The notes under the pieces: generated by a model
Told to the model about the DNA's origin: nothing
Databases searched by the model: none
The model's input: only the letters and a program-made list of their open reading frames with translations
Part shown: one piece after another, positions 39,046-48,597 of the stretch
Layout of the letters: each line of letters opens with the position of its first letter
Numbering within the stretch: position 1 is the first letter of the stretch
Position numbers and translations under genes: made by a program
Assembly: GCA_023460235.1 (NCBI GenBank)
Contig: JAEWRE010000083.1
Span: 3,012-67,011, forward strand
Direction of reading: 5' to 3'
From: Bacillota bacterium
GTDB lineage: Bacteria; Bacillota; Clostridia; TANB77; CAG-465
Length of the DNA stretch: 64,000 nt

Positions 39046-40015
39046 GTACTACATTGGTGTAGATATAGGCTCTATATCTACAAAAGCAGTCGTTATTGAT
39101 AATGAAAATAATATAATTGCAAGTGAATATATATGGACTGAAGGAAGTCCAATAGATGCAACTAAAACTATAGTAAAAGAATTGAAAAATCAATTAGAAG
39201 AAAAAAATATCAATCCAAATGTTTTTGGTGTTGGTACAACTGGTTCTGCTAGAAATCTAATTGGAAGTGTGCTTGGTGCTAATATCGTGAAAAATGAAAT
39301 TACAGCACATGCTATAGGTACATTATCTAAGTATAAAGATGTAAGAACAATTCTTGAAATAGGAGGACAGGATTCAAAGATAATAATAATTAAAGATGGT
39401 GTTGTAGTTGATTATGCAATGAATACTCTATGCGCTGCAGGAACAGGAGCATTTCTTTCAGCCCAAGCAAAAAGACTTGGAGTAAATATTGAAGATTTAG
39501 GTGGAATTGCAAAATCTTCTAAAAACCCTTCTAAAATAGCAGCAAGGTGTACTGTTTTTGCAGAATCGGATTTAGTACATAAGGCACAAATTGGACATAG
39601 TAAAGAAGATTTGATTGCGGGGATTTGTAATTCTGTAGCGTATAACTATTTAAATAATTTGGCAAAAGGAAAGAAAATAGAAGATAAAATAGTTTTTCAA
39701 GGTGGAGTTAGTAAAAATGAGGGAGTAGTTGAAGCTTTCAAAAATATTTTAAATAAAGAAATATACGTAGATGAAAATTCACATTTAATGGGTGCACTTG
39801 GAGTTGCAATACTATCTAAAAATGTAAATAAAAATGGTGGAAAATTAGATTTTGATTTTAATATAAAAGATTATGAATTTAAAACTATCGGAACTGAGTG
39901 TCATGGATGTAGCAATAACTGTGAAATTGTTACAATACTTAAAGATGGAAATTTAATAGACAGAATGGGTGGCAGATGTGAAAAAGGAAACATGAGCACT
40001 GGAAGTGTATCTTAA
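39038..40015 (+). CDS. BcrAD/BadFG-family CoA-substrate-specific enzyme activase ATPase
   Basis: ATG 39038 overlaps the previous gene by 8 nt. 'YYIGVDIGSISTKAVV', 'EIGGQDSKII', 'NTLCAAGTGAFL' and 'FQGGVSKNEG' are ASKHA/activase motifs. C-terminal Cys cluster 'CHGCSNNC...C'. Confidence 0.8.
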   Translation: MDKYYIGVDIGSISTKAVVIDNENNIIASEYIWTEGSPIDATKTIVKELKNQLEEKNINPNVFGVGTTGSARNLIGSVLGANIVKNEITAHAIGTLSKYKDVRTILEIGGQDSKIIIIKDGVVVDYAMNTLCAAGTGAFLSAQAKRLGVNIEDLGGIAKSSKNPSKIAARCTVFAESDLVHKAQIGHSKEDLIAGICNSVAYNYLNNLAKGKKIEDKIVFQGGVSKNEGVVEAFKNILNKEIYVDENSHLMGALGVAILSKNVNKNGGKLDFDFNIKDYEFKTIGTECHGCSNNCEIVTILKDGNLIDRMGGRCEKGNMSTGSVS

Positions 40016-40118
40016 ATTAATTAAATCTATTGTTTTTCTTTATCAAATATGATATACTAATTAACATAATTAATAAGAATAGAAATACAAATAAAATTTT
40101 AGTAGGAGGATAATTAAT

Positions 40119-40637
40119 ATGAAGATTGGAGATAATTCTTTTTCATGGCTTAATACTAGCAAAAATGCATTTGAGCTTCGGAGATTAGTTGAAGAAAGGC
40201 TAGAACCTGCGATGTGTATCAAATCCTTAGAAAGGGCTAACAATGATTTTGAAAAATTTATAATTTTAAATCAGCTTATGCCTGTAATTACTTTTTCAGA
40301 TGACTCAGGGGTTAAATTATTAGAAGAAAAAATTGGATTTAAAGAAATAACTAGAAAATATGAACAAGGAGAATTTAAAATCATTGAAAGAATTTCTATT
40401 ACAGATGATTGTGATGTCTCAGTCAGATATTCAAGGATAGATTATAGCGGACAAAGCAATTCACACGGGTTGCAACCTATGAAATCAATTGGGCAGGAAT
40501 TTAATGTTGAATCTGATGATAAATCTTGGATTTGGGGTGCACATTACTCCTGTTACTATTTTATAAAGAACGAAGCACGAAAATTATCAAAAATAATAAC
40601 TGATAATAATCAGTTATTAAAAGATTATTTTGGCTAA
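40119..40637 (+). CDS. hypothetical protein
   Basis: 172 aa with AGGAGGA RBS. No family recognised. Confidence 0.55.
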   Translation: MKIGDNSFSWLNTSKNAFELRRLVEERLEPAMCIKSLERANNDFEKFIILNQLMPVITFSDDSGVKLLEEKIGFKEITRKYEQGEFKIIERISITDDCDVSVRYSRIDYSGQSNSHGLQPMKSIGQEFNVESDDKSWIWGAHYSCYYFIKNEARKLSKIITDNNQLLKDYFG

Positions 40638-40640
40638 ATA

Positions 40641-40686
40641 AAACGAGGTTTATAACTTATTTATGTTATAGACCTCATTTTTATTA
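40641..40686. terminator. bidirectional terminator between convergent genes
   Basis: About 15-bp stem (40641-40656 pairs with 40665-40680), 8-nt loop, T-run on the + side. Confidence 0.7.
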
Positions 40687-41130
40687 GATTTTATATTTTA
40701 AAATTACCTCTTCATCAGTAGAACTTACTTCATCAAAAGAATCATATAAAATATCAATGATCTCATTTGAAGTTATTAATATTATTTTATTTTTTTCTTT
40801 ATTAAAATGAAAAACATTAGTTCTAAATAAATTTGTAATATCGTTAGAATAGAGTGCATTAAAAAACATATTATTTATGTAATTTTGAATTACATTGTTG
40901 GTATTAAAATTTGGTGTTAACTCTTCAAAATTCTCCATGTTTCTTTTGGCATAATATAATAATTTTTCTGCTAAAAAATCAGATTGTTCTATTATGTATT
41001 TTTTAAATGGCGAATTATTATAACAAGAGTAAATGTCATACTTTTCATCATATAAAATGTTTTCGTACTTTGTAGAATATATCTCCTTAATCATTTTTTG
41101 TACTTTTTTAAGTTCCTTTGAACTAGTCAT
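40684..41130 (-). CDS. hypothetical protein
   Basis: 148 aa with GGAAGGATGA RBS region on the - strand. No family recognised. Confidence 0.5.
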   Translation of the reverse strand: MTSSKELKKVQKMIKEIYSTKYENILYDEKYDIYSCYNNSPFKKYIIEQSDFLAEKLLYYAKRNMENFEELTPNFNTNNVIQNYINNMFFNALYSNDITNLFRTNVFHFNKEKNKIILITSNEIIDILYDSFDEVSSTDEEVILKYKI

Positions 41131-41287
41131 TAAATCATCCTTCCATCAAATGAAAATAATATATTTCATTCTTTAATAATTTTTGTTACATTACATTATA
41201 CCATAATATAATATGTGTTATCAATAATTATCTTGCTTTTGTTTAAATTTTATTGTATAATTTATACAATTAAAAGGGGGCAACAAT

Positions 41288-42076
41288 TTGAACGTATTAA
41301 TAGTGGGTGACGTTGTAGGAAGATCTGGACTTGATAAATTAAAGGAAGTATTAAATAAAACAATTGAAGAAAATGAAATTGATTTTTGTATTGTAAATGG
41401 TGAGAACTCTGCAAATGGAAAAGGATTAAGGCATGAAGAATATAACGAAATATTGAGTTATGGTGCAGATGCAATAACTATGGGAAACCATATGTATTAT
41501 AGAAAAGAGATGGCAACTGAATATATTAAGCTTCCAAAACTTTTGATTCCTGCAAATATTACTAACTTGACAGGCAATGGGCATAAGTTAATAGAAAAAA
41601 ATGGAATAAAGTATGGTGTTATAAATATCATCGGAAGAGCTGAAATGGGCGAGATAATAGAAAAGAATGTAGTTAACCCATTTAAGAAAGTTACTGAAGA
41701 AATTGAATCATTAAATCAAGAAGGTGCGGAATATATATTTGTAGATTTCCATGCTGAAGCAACAGCTGAAAAAATTGCAATGGGATATCATTTAGATGGA
41801 AAAGTTACATGTATATTTGGTACTCATACACATATTCAAACAGCAGATGAAATGATTTTTGAAAGTGGCACAGCATATATAACTGATGTAGGTATGACTG
41901 GTCCAAAAGATAGTGTAATTGGTCTTAAAAAAGAAGTAGCTTTAAAGAGATTTGTGGAAGATAGTTTTGCTAAATATGAATGTAGCAAAAATCCTGGAAT
42001 ATTTAATGCTGTAATATTAAATATAGACGAGTCTACAAAAAAAGTTACGAATATAAAAAGAATTTTTCAAAGATAG
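41288..42076 (+). CDS. ymdB: YmdB-family metallophosphoesterase (2',3'-cyclic-nucleotide 2'-phosphodiesterase)
   Basis: 262 aa with TTG start and GGGGG RBS. 'VLIVGDVVGRSG', 'NGENSANGKG', 'TMGNH', 'DFHAEATAEK' and 'GTHTHIQTAD' are typical of the YmdB family. Confidence 0.85.
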   Translation: MNVLIVGDVVGRSGLDKLKEVLNKTIEENEIDFCIVNGENSANGKGLRHEEYNEILSYGADAITMGNHMYYRKEMATEYIKLPKLLIPANITNLTGNGHKLIEKNGIKYGVINIIGRAEMGEIIEKNVVNPFKKVTEEIESLNQEGAEYIFVDFHAEATAEKIAMGYHLDGKVTCIFGTHTHIQTADEMIFESGTAYITDVGMTGPKDSVIGLKKEVALKRFVEDSFAKYECSKNPGIFNAVILNIDESTKKVTNIKRIFQR

Positions 42077-42141
42077 TCCAATCACAATTTACATATTCAT
42101 ATAATATTATATACAAAGACGATTCGGTTGGGTGATATTAT

Positions 42142-42687
42142 ATGATAAAAATAATTAAAAGAGTAATTAATGGAATTAAAAATATATATTATGATGCTAA
42201 AAATATATATGAAAAAGATCCTGCTGCAACATCAGTACTATCAGTAATGATATTATATCAGGGATTTTGGGCTATATTTAATCATAGAATTGCCCATTTT
42301 TTCTATAAAATCAGGTTATTATTTATTGCAAGATTGATTTCTCAAATTTCTAGATTTTTAACAGGAATAGAGATACATCCTGGTGCCACAATTGGAAAAA
42401 GACTATTTATGGACCATGGTATGGGAATAGTAATAGGAGAGACTGCAATAGTTGGTGATGATTGTACAATTTATCATCAAGTCACACTTGGTGGTACAGG
42501 AAAAGAAGCAATAAAAAGACATCCAACATTAGGCAATAATGTAATTGTAGGAGCAGGTAGTAAAGTACTTGGAAATATTACACTAGGTAACAATGTTAAG
42601 GTTGGTGCTAATTCTGTAGTTTTAAAAGATGTGCCGGATAATACAACTGTTGTTGGGATACCAGCAAGAGAAATAAAAAAAGACTAA
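42142..42687 (+). CDS. cysE: serine O-acetyltransferase
   Basis: 181 aa. '[30 protein letters not shown]', '[28 protein letters not shown]' and hexapeptide repeats. Confidence 0.85.
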   Translation: MIKIIKRVINGIKNIYYDAKNIYEKDPAATSVLSVMILYQGFWAIFNHRIAHFFYKIRLLFIARLISQISRFLTGIEIHPGATIGKRLFMDHGMGIVIGETAIVGDDCTIYHQVTLGGTGKEAIKRHPTLGNNVIVGAGSKVLGNITLGNNVKVGANSVVLKDVPDNTTVVGIPAREIKKD

Positions 42688-42762
42688 GAATAAAATAATT
42701 TAAGAGTTTATATAAACAAAAAGAGGAATTTTAATTCCTCTTTAATTATTATTATTTTCATT

Positions 42763-43251
42763 CTAATGATGATATGTTTCATTATTTTGTATTTTAAAAG
42801 ATCTGAACAATTGTTCAAGTAAAAATATTCTTATTAATTGATGAGGGAAAGTAAGTTTAGAAAAACAAATCTTCTCATCACATAAATTCAATAGTTCATC
42901 ACTCATCCCTAAAGTTCCACCAATCAAAAATATTATTGTTGAAGCATCATATGTTGCTATTTTATTAATTTTTTCAGAAAGTTCTTCAGAAGAATATTCT
43001 TTTCCTTTTAAATCTAAAGCTATAATATATGACTTACCAATCTTATTTATTTTTTCAATAACTTTATTTGATTCAGCAGATTTAATATTTTTAATTTCAA
43101 TATCAGACAAAGAAGTAGGTACTTTTTCATCTTGTAGTTCTATTATATCAAGTTTACAATATTTAGATAATCTTTTTTCATATTCAGCAATTAAGTCCTT
43201 AGTTGATTTTTCTTTTACATGACCAAGGCATATAATTTTTATATTTAACAT
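42763..43251 (-). CDS. rlmH: 23S rRNA (pseudouridine1915-N3)-methyltransferase
   Basis: 162 aa. SPOUT/YbeA pattern 'IKIICLGHVKEK...EYEKRL', 'FLIGGTLGMSDEL' and 'SKLTFPHQLIRIFLLEQLFR'. Confidence 0.85.
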   Translation of the reverse strand: MLNIKIICLGHVKEKSTKDLIAEYEKRLSKYCKLDIIELQDEKVPTSLSDIEIKNIKSAESNKVIEKINKIGKSYIIALDLKGKEYSSEELSEKINKIATYDASTIIFLIGGTLGMSDELLNLCDEKICFSKLTFPHQLIRIFLLEQLFRSFKIQNNETYHH

Positions 43252-44039
43252 ACTGATATTACCTCACTTGATAACTCTTTAGTTGCAACGTTTAATTCAA
43301 TTAAGCTTTTATCAATATTTTTATTTAACATTTTATCATAAATAGTGGAAAGAGCCATTTCACTTGTATTATTATTTTGACTTAAATGTGCAATTAGAAA
43401 TCTATCTTTTCCTTTATCATATAGTTTGCATATTAAATCAGAAGTATCTTCGTTTGAAAGATGTCCTAAATCAGATTTTATTCTTCTTTTTAAGTTATAT
43501 GGATACTTCCCAAAATCTAACATTACATTATCATAATTTGATTCAACAATTATATAGTCATTTGAAGATAAATACTCAAACACTTCCTCAGAAACATAAC
43601 CAAGATCAGTAGCAAATCCAATTGAAGCTTCATTTGTTTTTATTTTATAACCACATGGCATAACAGCATCATGTGAAGTTTCAAAAGGAGTTATTTCAAA
43701 GTCATTTATTTTAAAAGGTTGTCCGTAATATGTCTTAATAATATCTGCTGATATATTTTTTTCATCTAACATTTCTTTAATATAATCAGCAGTTTTACCA
43801 CATGCATAAATTGGTATATTATTTTTCCTACAGATAAGAGGAAGAGCTTTTATATGATCAATGTGTTCATGTGTAAGAATAATGCCTGAAATATCAGACA
43901 TAGTTTTATCTATACTTTTTAGTCCATCTACAGCCGATTTATATGTAACGCCAACATCAACTAAAATATTACTTTTATTTGATTCAATATGAAACATATT
44001 ACCAGAGCTAGAACTAAATAGAGGATGTATATTAAGCAT
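43245..44039 (-). CDS. MBL-fold metallo-hydrolase (YycJ-like)
   Basis: Preferred start is ATG 44039 ('MLNIHPLFSSSSGN...'), overlapping the murA stop by 8 nt. 'ILTHEHIDHI' motif. Confidence 0.8.
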   Translation of the reverse strand: MLNIHPLFSSSSGNMFHIESNKSNILVDVGVTYKSAVDGLKSIDKTMSDISGIILTHEHIDHIKALPLICRKNNIPIYACGKTADYIKEMLDEKNISADIIKTYYGQPFKINDFEITPFETSHDAVMPCGYKIKTNEASIGFATDLGYVSEEVFEYLSSNDYIIVESNYDNVMLDFGKYPYNLKRRIKSDLGHLSNEDTSDLICKLYDKGKDRFLIAHLSQNNNTSEMALSTIYDKMLNKNIDKSLIELNVATKELSSEVISVC

Positions 44040-45318
44040 TAATTTCACCTTCAGTTTTTTCATTATAATATTCAATGTTTGCACCAATACTATTAAATTT
44101 TTGAGCGATGTCCTCGTAGCCTCTTAATATATGGTGTATGTCGTATACTTCTGTCATACCTTCTGCAGCAATACCTGCTATTATCATTGCAGCACCTGCT
44201 CTTAAATCATGCGATCTCACAGGAGCTCCATATAACTTGTCAACGCCTTTTACAATTGCAGTTGTACCATGAGCAGATATATCAGCACCCATTTTTGCAA
44301 GTTCATCAGTATATTGGAATCTTGACTCCCAAATGTTTTCAACTATAATTCCAGTACCATCGCAAATAGATAATAAAACACCCATTTGTGGTTGCATATC
44401 GGTAGGGAAGCCAGGATATGGCATTGTTTTTAAACTAAATGCTCCAGGTTTCTTATCCATTGAAACTCTTATACTTGATTCATATTCTTCCACAGTAACA
44501 CCAGCTTCTCTAAGTTTAGCTGTTATTGGTTCCATATGTTTTGGAATACAATTATTTATTAATACATTACCTTTAGTGATTGCAGCAGCTACCATGAAAG
44601 TACCTGTTTCAATTTGATCAGGTATTATTGAATAACTAGAAACTTGTTTTAATTCTTTAACACCAGTAACTTTTATAGTATCAGTACCAGCACCTTTTAT
44701 ATTTGCACCCATAGAATTTAAGAAGTTAGCTAAATCAACTATGTGTGGTTCTTTTGCAACATTTTCTATTACAGTAACACCATCAGCAAGAGTACTTGCT
44801 AATATTGCATTTATAGTTGCTCCAACACTAACTACATCAAGAAATATATTTGTTCCTTTTAAAGTTCCTTTTTTAGAAGCATAAACGTTTCCTCTTAATA
44901 CATCAACAGTAGCTCCTAATTTTTCTAAAGCTTTAATGTGTTGGTCAATAGGTCTTGCTCCAAGATTACAACCACCTGGAAGCCCGATTTGAACGTCATC
45001 AAATCTTCCAATTAAGGCACCAAGTAAATAATATGAAGATCTAAATTTACTTGTAAGCTCATAAGAAGCAATAGCAGAATCGATATTTTCATTGTCTATA
45101 ATAAATTCATTTTGTGAAATATATGTAATTTTAGAACCTAAAGATTCAAAAATTTTTATATATGAATTAATATCACTTATATTAGGTACATTTTCTAAAT
45201 GACATTTTCCTTTTACTAAAAGTGTAGCTGGTAAAATTGCAACTGCTGCATTTTTTGCGCCACTAATATTAACTTCACCTTCTAATCTACATGGTCCATG
45301 TACTATAAATTTTTCCAT
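44032..45318 (-). CDS. murA: UDP-N-acetylglucosamine 1-carboxyvinyltransferase
   Basis: 428 aa. 'ISGAKNAAVAILPATLL', 'PGGCNLGARPIDQHI' and 'FPGFPTDMQPQ' are classic MurA motifs. Confidence 0.95.
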   Translation of the reverse strand: MEKFIVHGPCRLEGEVNISGAKNAAVAILPATLLVKGKCHLENVPNISDINSYIKIFESLGSKITYISQNEFIIDNENIDSAIASYELTSKFRSSYYLLGALIGRFDDVQIGLPGGCNLGARPIDQHIKALEKLGATVDVLRGNVYASKKGTLKGTNIFLDVVSVGATINAILASTLADGVTVIENVAKEPHIVDLANFLNSMGANIKGAGTDTIKVTGVKELKQVSSYSIIPDQIETGTFMVAAAITKGNVLINNCIPKHMEPITAKLREAGVTVEEYESSIRVSMDKKPGAFSLKTMPYPGFPTDMQPQMGVLLSICDGTGIIVENIWESRFQYTDELAKMGADISAHGTTAIVKGVDKLYGAPVRSHDLRAGAAMIIAGIAAEGMTEVYDIHHILRGYEDIAQKFNSIGANIEYYNEKTEGEINA

Positions 45319-45473
45319 ATATTAAACCCTCATTTCTATAATATTAAGATTACAAAATTAAAATAGATATGTTATAAATTTGAGCATAAAAGCCTATCTA
45401 TTAATTTGTATGTTTTACTCTAAAAAGTATAACATACAATCTTCAAAAATACAATAATTTCGACAAAAATAGT

Positions 45474-45674
45474 CTACTGTCTAAAGTTAGGTCTTATTGA
45501 ATTACATAGTTGTTTACAATTACACGTAAGATTAGTAAGAGTATTTTCAATACATGTCATATTTTTGAAGTTTATAAGATCTACACCTGTTAAATAATGA
45601 CACTTACCAAGTGGAATTCTTCCAGGATAATTCCATAAGAAAGAATTTAATAGCCAATTTGGATTAAATCCCAT
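45474..45674 (-). CDS. small Cys-rich hypothetical protein
   Basis: 66 aa. GGGGGTGA RBS 5 nt upstream of the ATG on the - strand. No family recognised. Confidence 0.45.
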   Translation of the reverse strand: MGFNPNWLLNSFLWNYPGRIPLGKCHYLTGVDLINFKNMTCIENTLTNLTCNCKQLCNSIRPNFRQ

Positions 45675-45837
45675 TTAAATCACCCCCTAGTATAGTATAT
45701 GTTTTTTATTTAATAGTGGGAATTATTGAAATAAATATCATGATATTGAAAATAAAAAAAATTGTGTTATAATATAATGTGTAAATTATAAACTGAAATT
45801 TAATTAATATTATAAATTAAACAAAGGAGTGATTTTT

Positions 45838-46425
45838 ATGTTAAACACTATATTAATGCTAAAAGAAGATATGAAAATTTATTATCCCGAATATTACACA
45901 CAAATTAGTAAAGTGGAACAGGAAAATTTAATAGAGCGGGTGGATGCATTAAAATTTATTTCAATCAGCTGGAGAGAATATGCAAAGTTTCAAGAAATGA
46001 AAGTTTTAGGAGTATACATAAATTACCTCTTAAATAGGATTAATGTTCTACAACCTTATTGTAATTTTGTATATTTTAAATCTGGATTAACGGAATATTT
46101 ACTAAATACTTATAATAAGGTAATAGAAAAAATCAAAGCAGGTGGTGATCTAAAAAAAGACCTTATGCCTTTGCAGACCACACTTTATAAGTATCTAAAA
46201 ATTATATTTGATAATTTTTTTTATGATATTAATGGAAAATTAGTAAATAATGCTCTTATTGAAGATTATTATATTATGATGGATGAAAATAAAAAGATTG
46301 AATGCAGTAAAGGAACCATTGATTCTATACATCATAACATTCAATTATTGACATTGATTCTCAATTTTTACTATTATATCTTTTTAACACAATATAAAAA
46401 TAATGTTGTAATGATTTTAAAATAA
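45838..46425 (+). CDS. hypothetical protein
   Basis: AAGGAG at 45824-45829, then ATG 45838 (195 aa). No family recognised. Confidence 0.5.
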   Translation: MLNTILMLKEDMKIYYPEYYTQISKVEQENLIERVDALKFISISWREYAKFQEMKVLGVYINYLLNRINVLQPYCNFVYFKSGLTEYLLNTYNKVIEKIKAGGDLKKDLMPLQTTLYKYLKIIFDNFFYDINGKLVNNALIEDYYIMMDENKKIECSKGTIDSIHHNIQLLTLILNFYYYIFLTQYKNNVVMILK

Positions 46426-46459
46426 TTTTAATTTTATATTAGTAGTACTAATAAGTTTG

Positions 46460-46494
46460 ATAACTGAATAGATTTTTTATTCAGTTATTTTTTT
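46460..46494 (+). terminator. rho-independent terminator
   Basis: ATAACTGAAT pairs with ATTCAGTTAT (10 bp), 9-nt loop, T7 tail. Confidence 0.65.
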
Positions 46495-46598
46495 GACTTA
46501 AAATTTCCTAAAAAATATATAAAGTACTTGTTTTTTACTAATTCATATGTTACAATATATAGGTAACAGTTTTATACTATAATAGGAAGGTGAATTAG

Positions 46599-46805
46599 AT
46601 GAAAACAGAAATACAACCAAAGTATGTAAAAGCACAAATTAAATGTGTATGCGGTAACGTTATAGAGACAGGATCTGTAAAAGAAGAAATGAAAGTTGAT
46701 ACTTGTAGCAATTGTCATCCATTTTACACTGGTCAAAAGCAAGCTATGTCTAGCCAAGGTAGAGCAGCTAAATTTACTGAAAAGTTTTTAAATACAAAGA
46801 AATAG
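46599..46805 (+). CDS. rpmE: 50S ribosomal protein L31 (type A, Zn-ribbon)
   Basis: 68 aa. 'CxC...CSNCHPFYTGQ' motif. GGAAGGTG RBS. Confidence 0.93.
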   Translation: MKTEIQPKYVKAQIKCVCGNVIETGSVKEEMKVDTCSNCHPFYTGQKQAMSSQGRAAKFTEKFLNTKK

Positions 46806-46866
46806 TCAAGAGTGCTTTATGCACTCTTTTTTACTATAAAAATTTAATATATGAAAAGGATGTCAT

Positions 46867-48597
46867 ATGAAAAAAGAAAAAATCGGTGGAATTGCACTGT
46901 TTAATGGCTTAATACTTAGAAGTAAAAAAAGTGAAGTTATTTCAAAATATGAAGATGGACTAATAGATGTATCAAAAACAAATTTCACTGAAGAGAATAT
47001 AAAAATAAACTTTAAAAAACTACCAATTATACGAGGAATATTTGGAATAATTGATACATTAAAAAATTCAGCTTCATATGTAATTGAATCAGCAAAGAAA
47101 GTTTTAGATGGTTTAATTGATGAAGATGAATCTATAGAAATCGGAAAATTTGAAATGGCTATTTCATATGCTATTGCATTAGTTGTTATATTTTCTACTT
47201 TAATATTATTACCAAATATTTTATCTATTTTTTTTGATAAAAATATTCAAAATGTTATTCAAGCCATAATACAAATATTAATATTTGTATCATATTTAGT
47301 TATATTGAAGAAAACTAAAGTATTAAACGTTTTGTTTGAGTATCACGGTGCAGAGCATAAGGTAGTAAATGCTTATGAAAATTATTCTTTTGAAGATATT
47401 AGCGTAGAAAAAGTAAAAAACTCTTCAAGATTTCATATTAGGTGTGGTGGAAATTTAGTTGTTTACTTCTTTATAATAAATATATTATTTACTTTATTAT
47501 TTACATCAAATAGTATAATAATAAAAAGTATATATCAATTAATATTAATGGCATTTAGCATTGGAATATCTTACGAAATAATTATGATATTTGCAAGACT
47601 TCCAAAACCAATAAATGTTTTAGGATACCCTGCAATGTTAATACAATATATTACAACAAAAGAACCAAGTGAAGAAAAAATTAAACTTGCTTTACTTAAT
47701 ATGTTTAATTGTTGCTATAGTGATAAAGAAATATCTATTAACAAATATTTAAGAGATATTAATACTATAAAAGATTGTGAATTAACTATTATAGTTAGTT
47801 TTATAGCATCAATCAAGGAATTTGAATATAACTATGTGTATGCAAATATACAAGAGATAAATTTAAATATTAATGAAATTATTAAACTAGATAATATGAT
47901 AACGAAGTATTATATAAAGAAAATACCTTTTCAGTATATTACATCTTATCAAAACTTCTTCAATGAAAGATATTTTGTTAATGAATCTGTACTTATACCG
48001 AGAGCTGATACTGAAATTTTAGTTGAAAAAGCTATTGAATATATAGATAAATATAATCTTAAGAGTATGATTGATGTTTGTACTGGAAGTGGTTGCGTTG
48101 GAATTTCAATTTCTAAGAATTCCAACATAGAAAAAACGATTTTAATTGATATTTCTGCGAAAGCACTTGAGGTAACAAATAAAAATATAATATCAAATAG
48201 TGTATTAAACAAATGTTCTACTCTGTGCTCTGATTTATTTAATTCGTTATATTTAGAAGAAAATTCTAACTTAATAAATGGAAAATATGATATTGTAGTT
48301 TCAAATCCTCCATATATTCCAACAGCTGATATTAATGGTTTATCCGAGGATGTAAAGAAGGAACCAAGAATTGCACTTGATGGTGGAATTGACGGAATGA
48401 ATTTTTATAAAAAAATATTGATTGAAGCAAAAAATGTTTTAAAAATTGATGGTTTTTTATTATTTGAAATTGGATATGATGAACTTAATAAAATCCATGA
48501 TTTAATTGAAAGTGATGAAGATTATGAGTTGCTTGAAAGTGTAAAAGATTATGGAGGAAATGATAGGGTGGTAGTATGTCGTTTGCATCAGATATAA
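46867..48597 (+). CDS. prmC: fusion of a DUF1385 membrane domain with release-factor glutamine methyltransferase PrmC/HemK
   Basis: Single 576-aa ORF. The N-terminal half has 'GGIALFNGLILRS' and 'EYHGAEHKVVNAYE' plus TM helices (DUF1385). The C-terminal half has 'PFQYITSYQNFFNERYFVNESVLIPRADTE', 'DVCTGSGCVGISI' and 'VSNPPYIP' (PrmC). Confidence 0.85.
   Translation: MKKEKIGGIALFNGLILRSKKSEVISKYEDGLIDVSKTNFTEENIKINFKKLPIIRGIFGIIDTLKNSASYVIESAKKVLDGLIDEDESIEIGKFEMAISYAIALVVIFSTLILLPNILSIFFDKNIQNVIQAIIQILIFVSYLVILKKTKVLNVLFEYHGAEHKVVNAYENYSFEDISVEKVKNSSRFHIRCGGNLVVYFFIINILFTLLFTSNSIIIKSIYQLILMAFSIGISYEIIMIFARLPKPINVLGYPAMLIQYITTKEPSEEKIKLALLNMFNCCYSDKEISINKYLRDINTIKDCELTIIVSFIASIKEFEYNYVYANIQEINLNINEIIKLDNMITKYYIKKIPFQYITSYQNFFNERYFVNESVLIPRADTEILVEKAIEYIDKYNLKSMIDVCTGSGCVGISISKNSNIEKTILIDISAKALEVTNKNIISNSVLNKCSTLCSDLFNSLYLEENSNLINGKYDIVVSNPPYIPTADINGLSEDVKKEPRIALDGGIDGMNFYKKILIEAKNVLKIDGFLLFEIGYDELNKIHDLIESDEDYELLESVKDYGGNDRVVVCRLHQI

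Noticed and set aside
42077-42141. Possible T-box or riboswitch leaders upstream of cysE, and likewise upstream of lepA, fba, murA and rpmE.
   Set aside because: The intergenic leaders are too short or show no conserved specifier, antiterminator or aptamer-like structure that I can recognise by eye.
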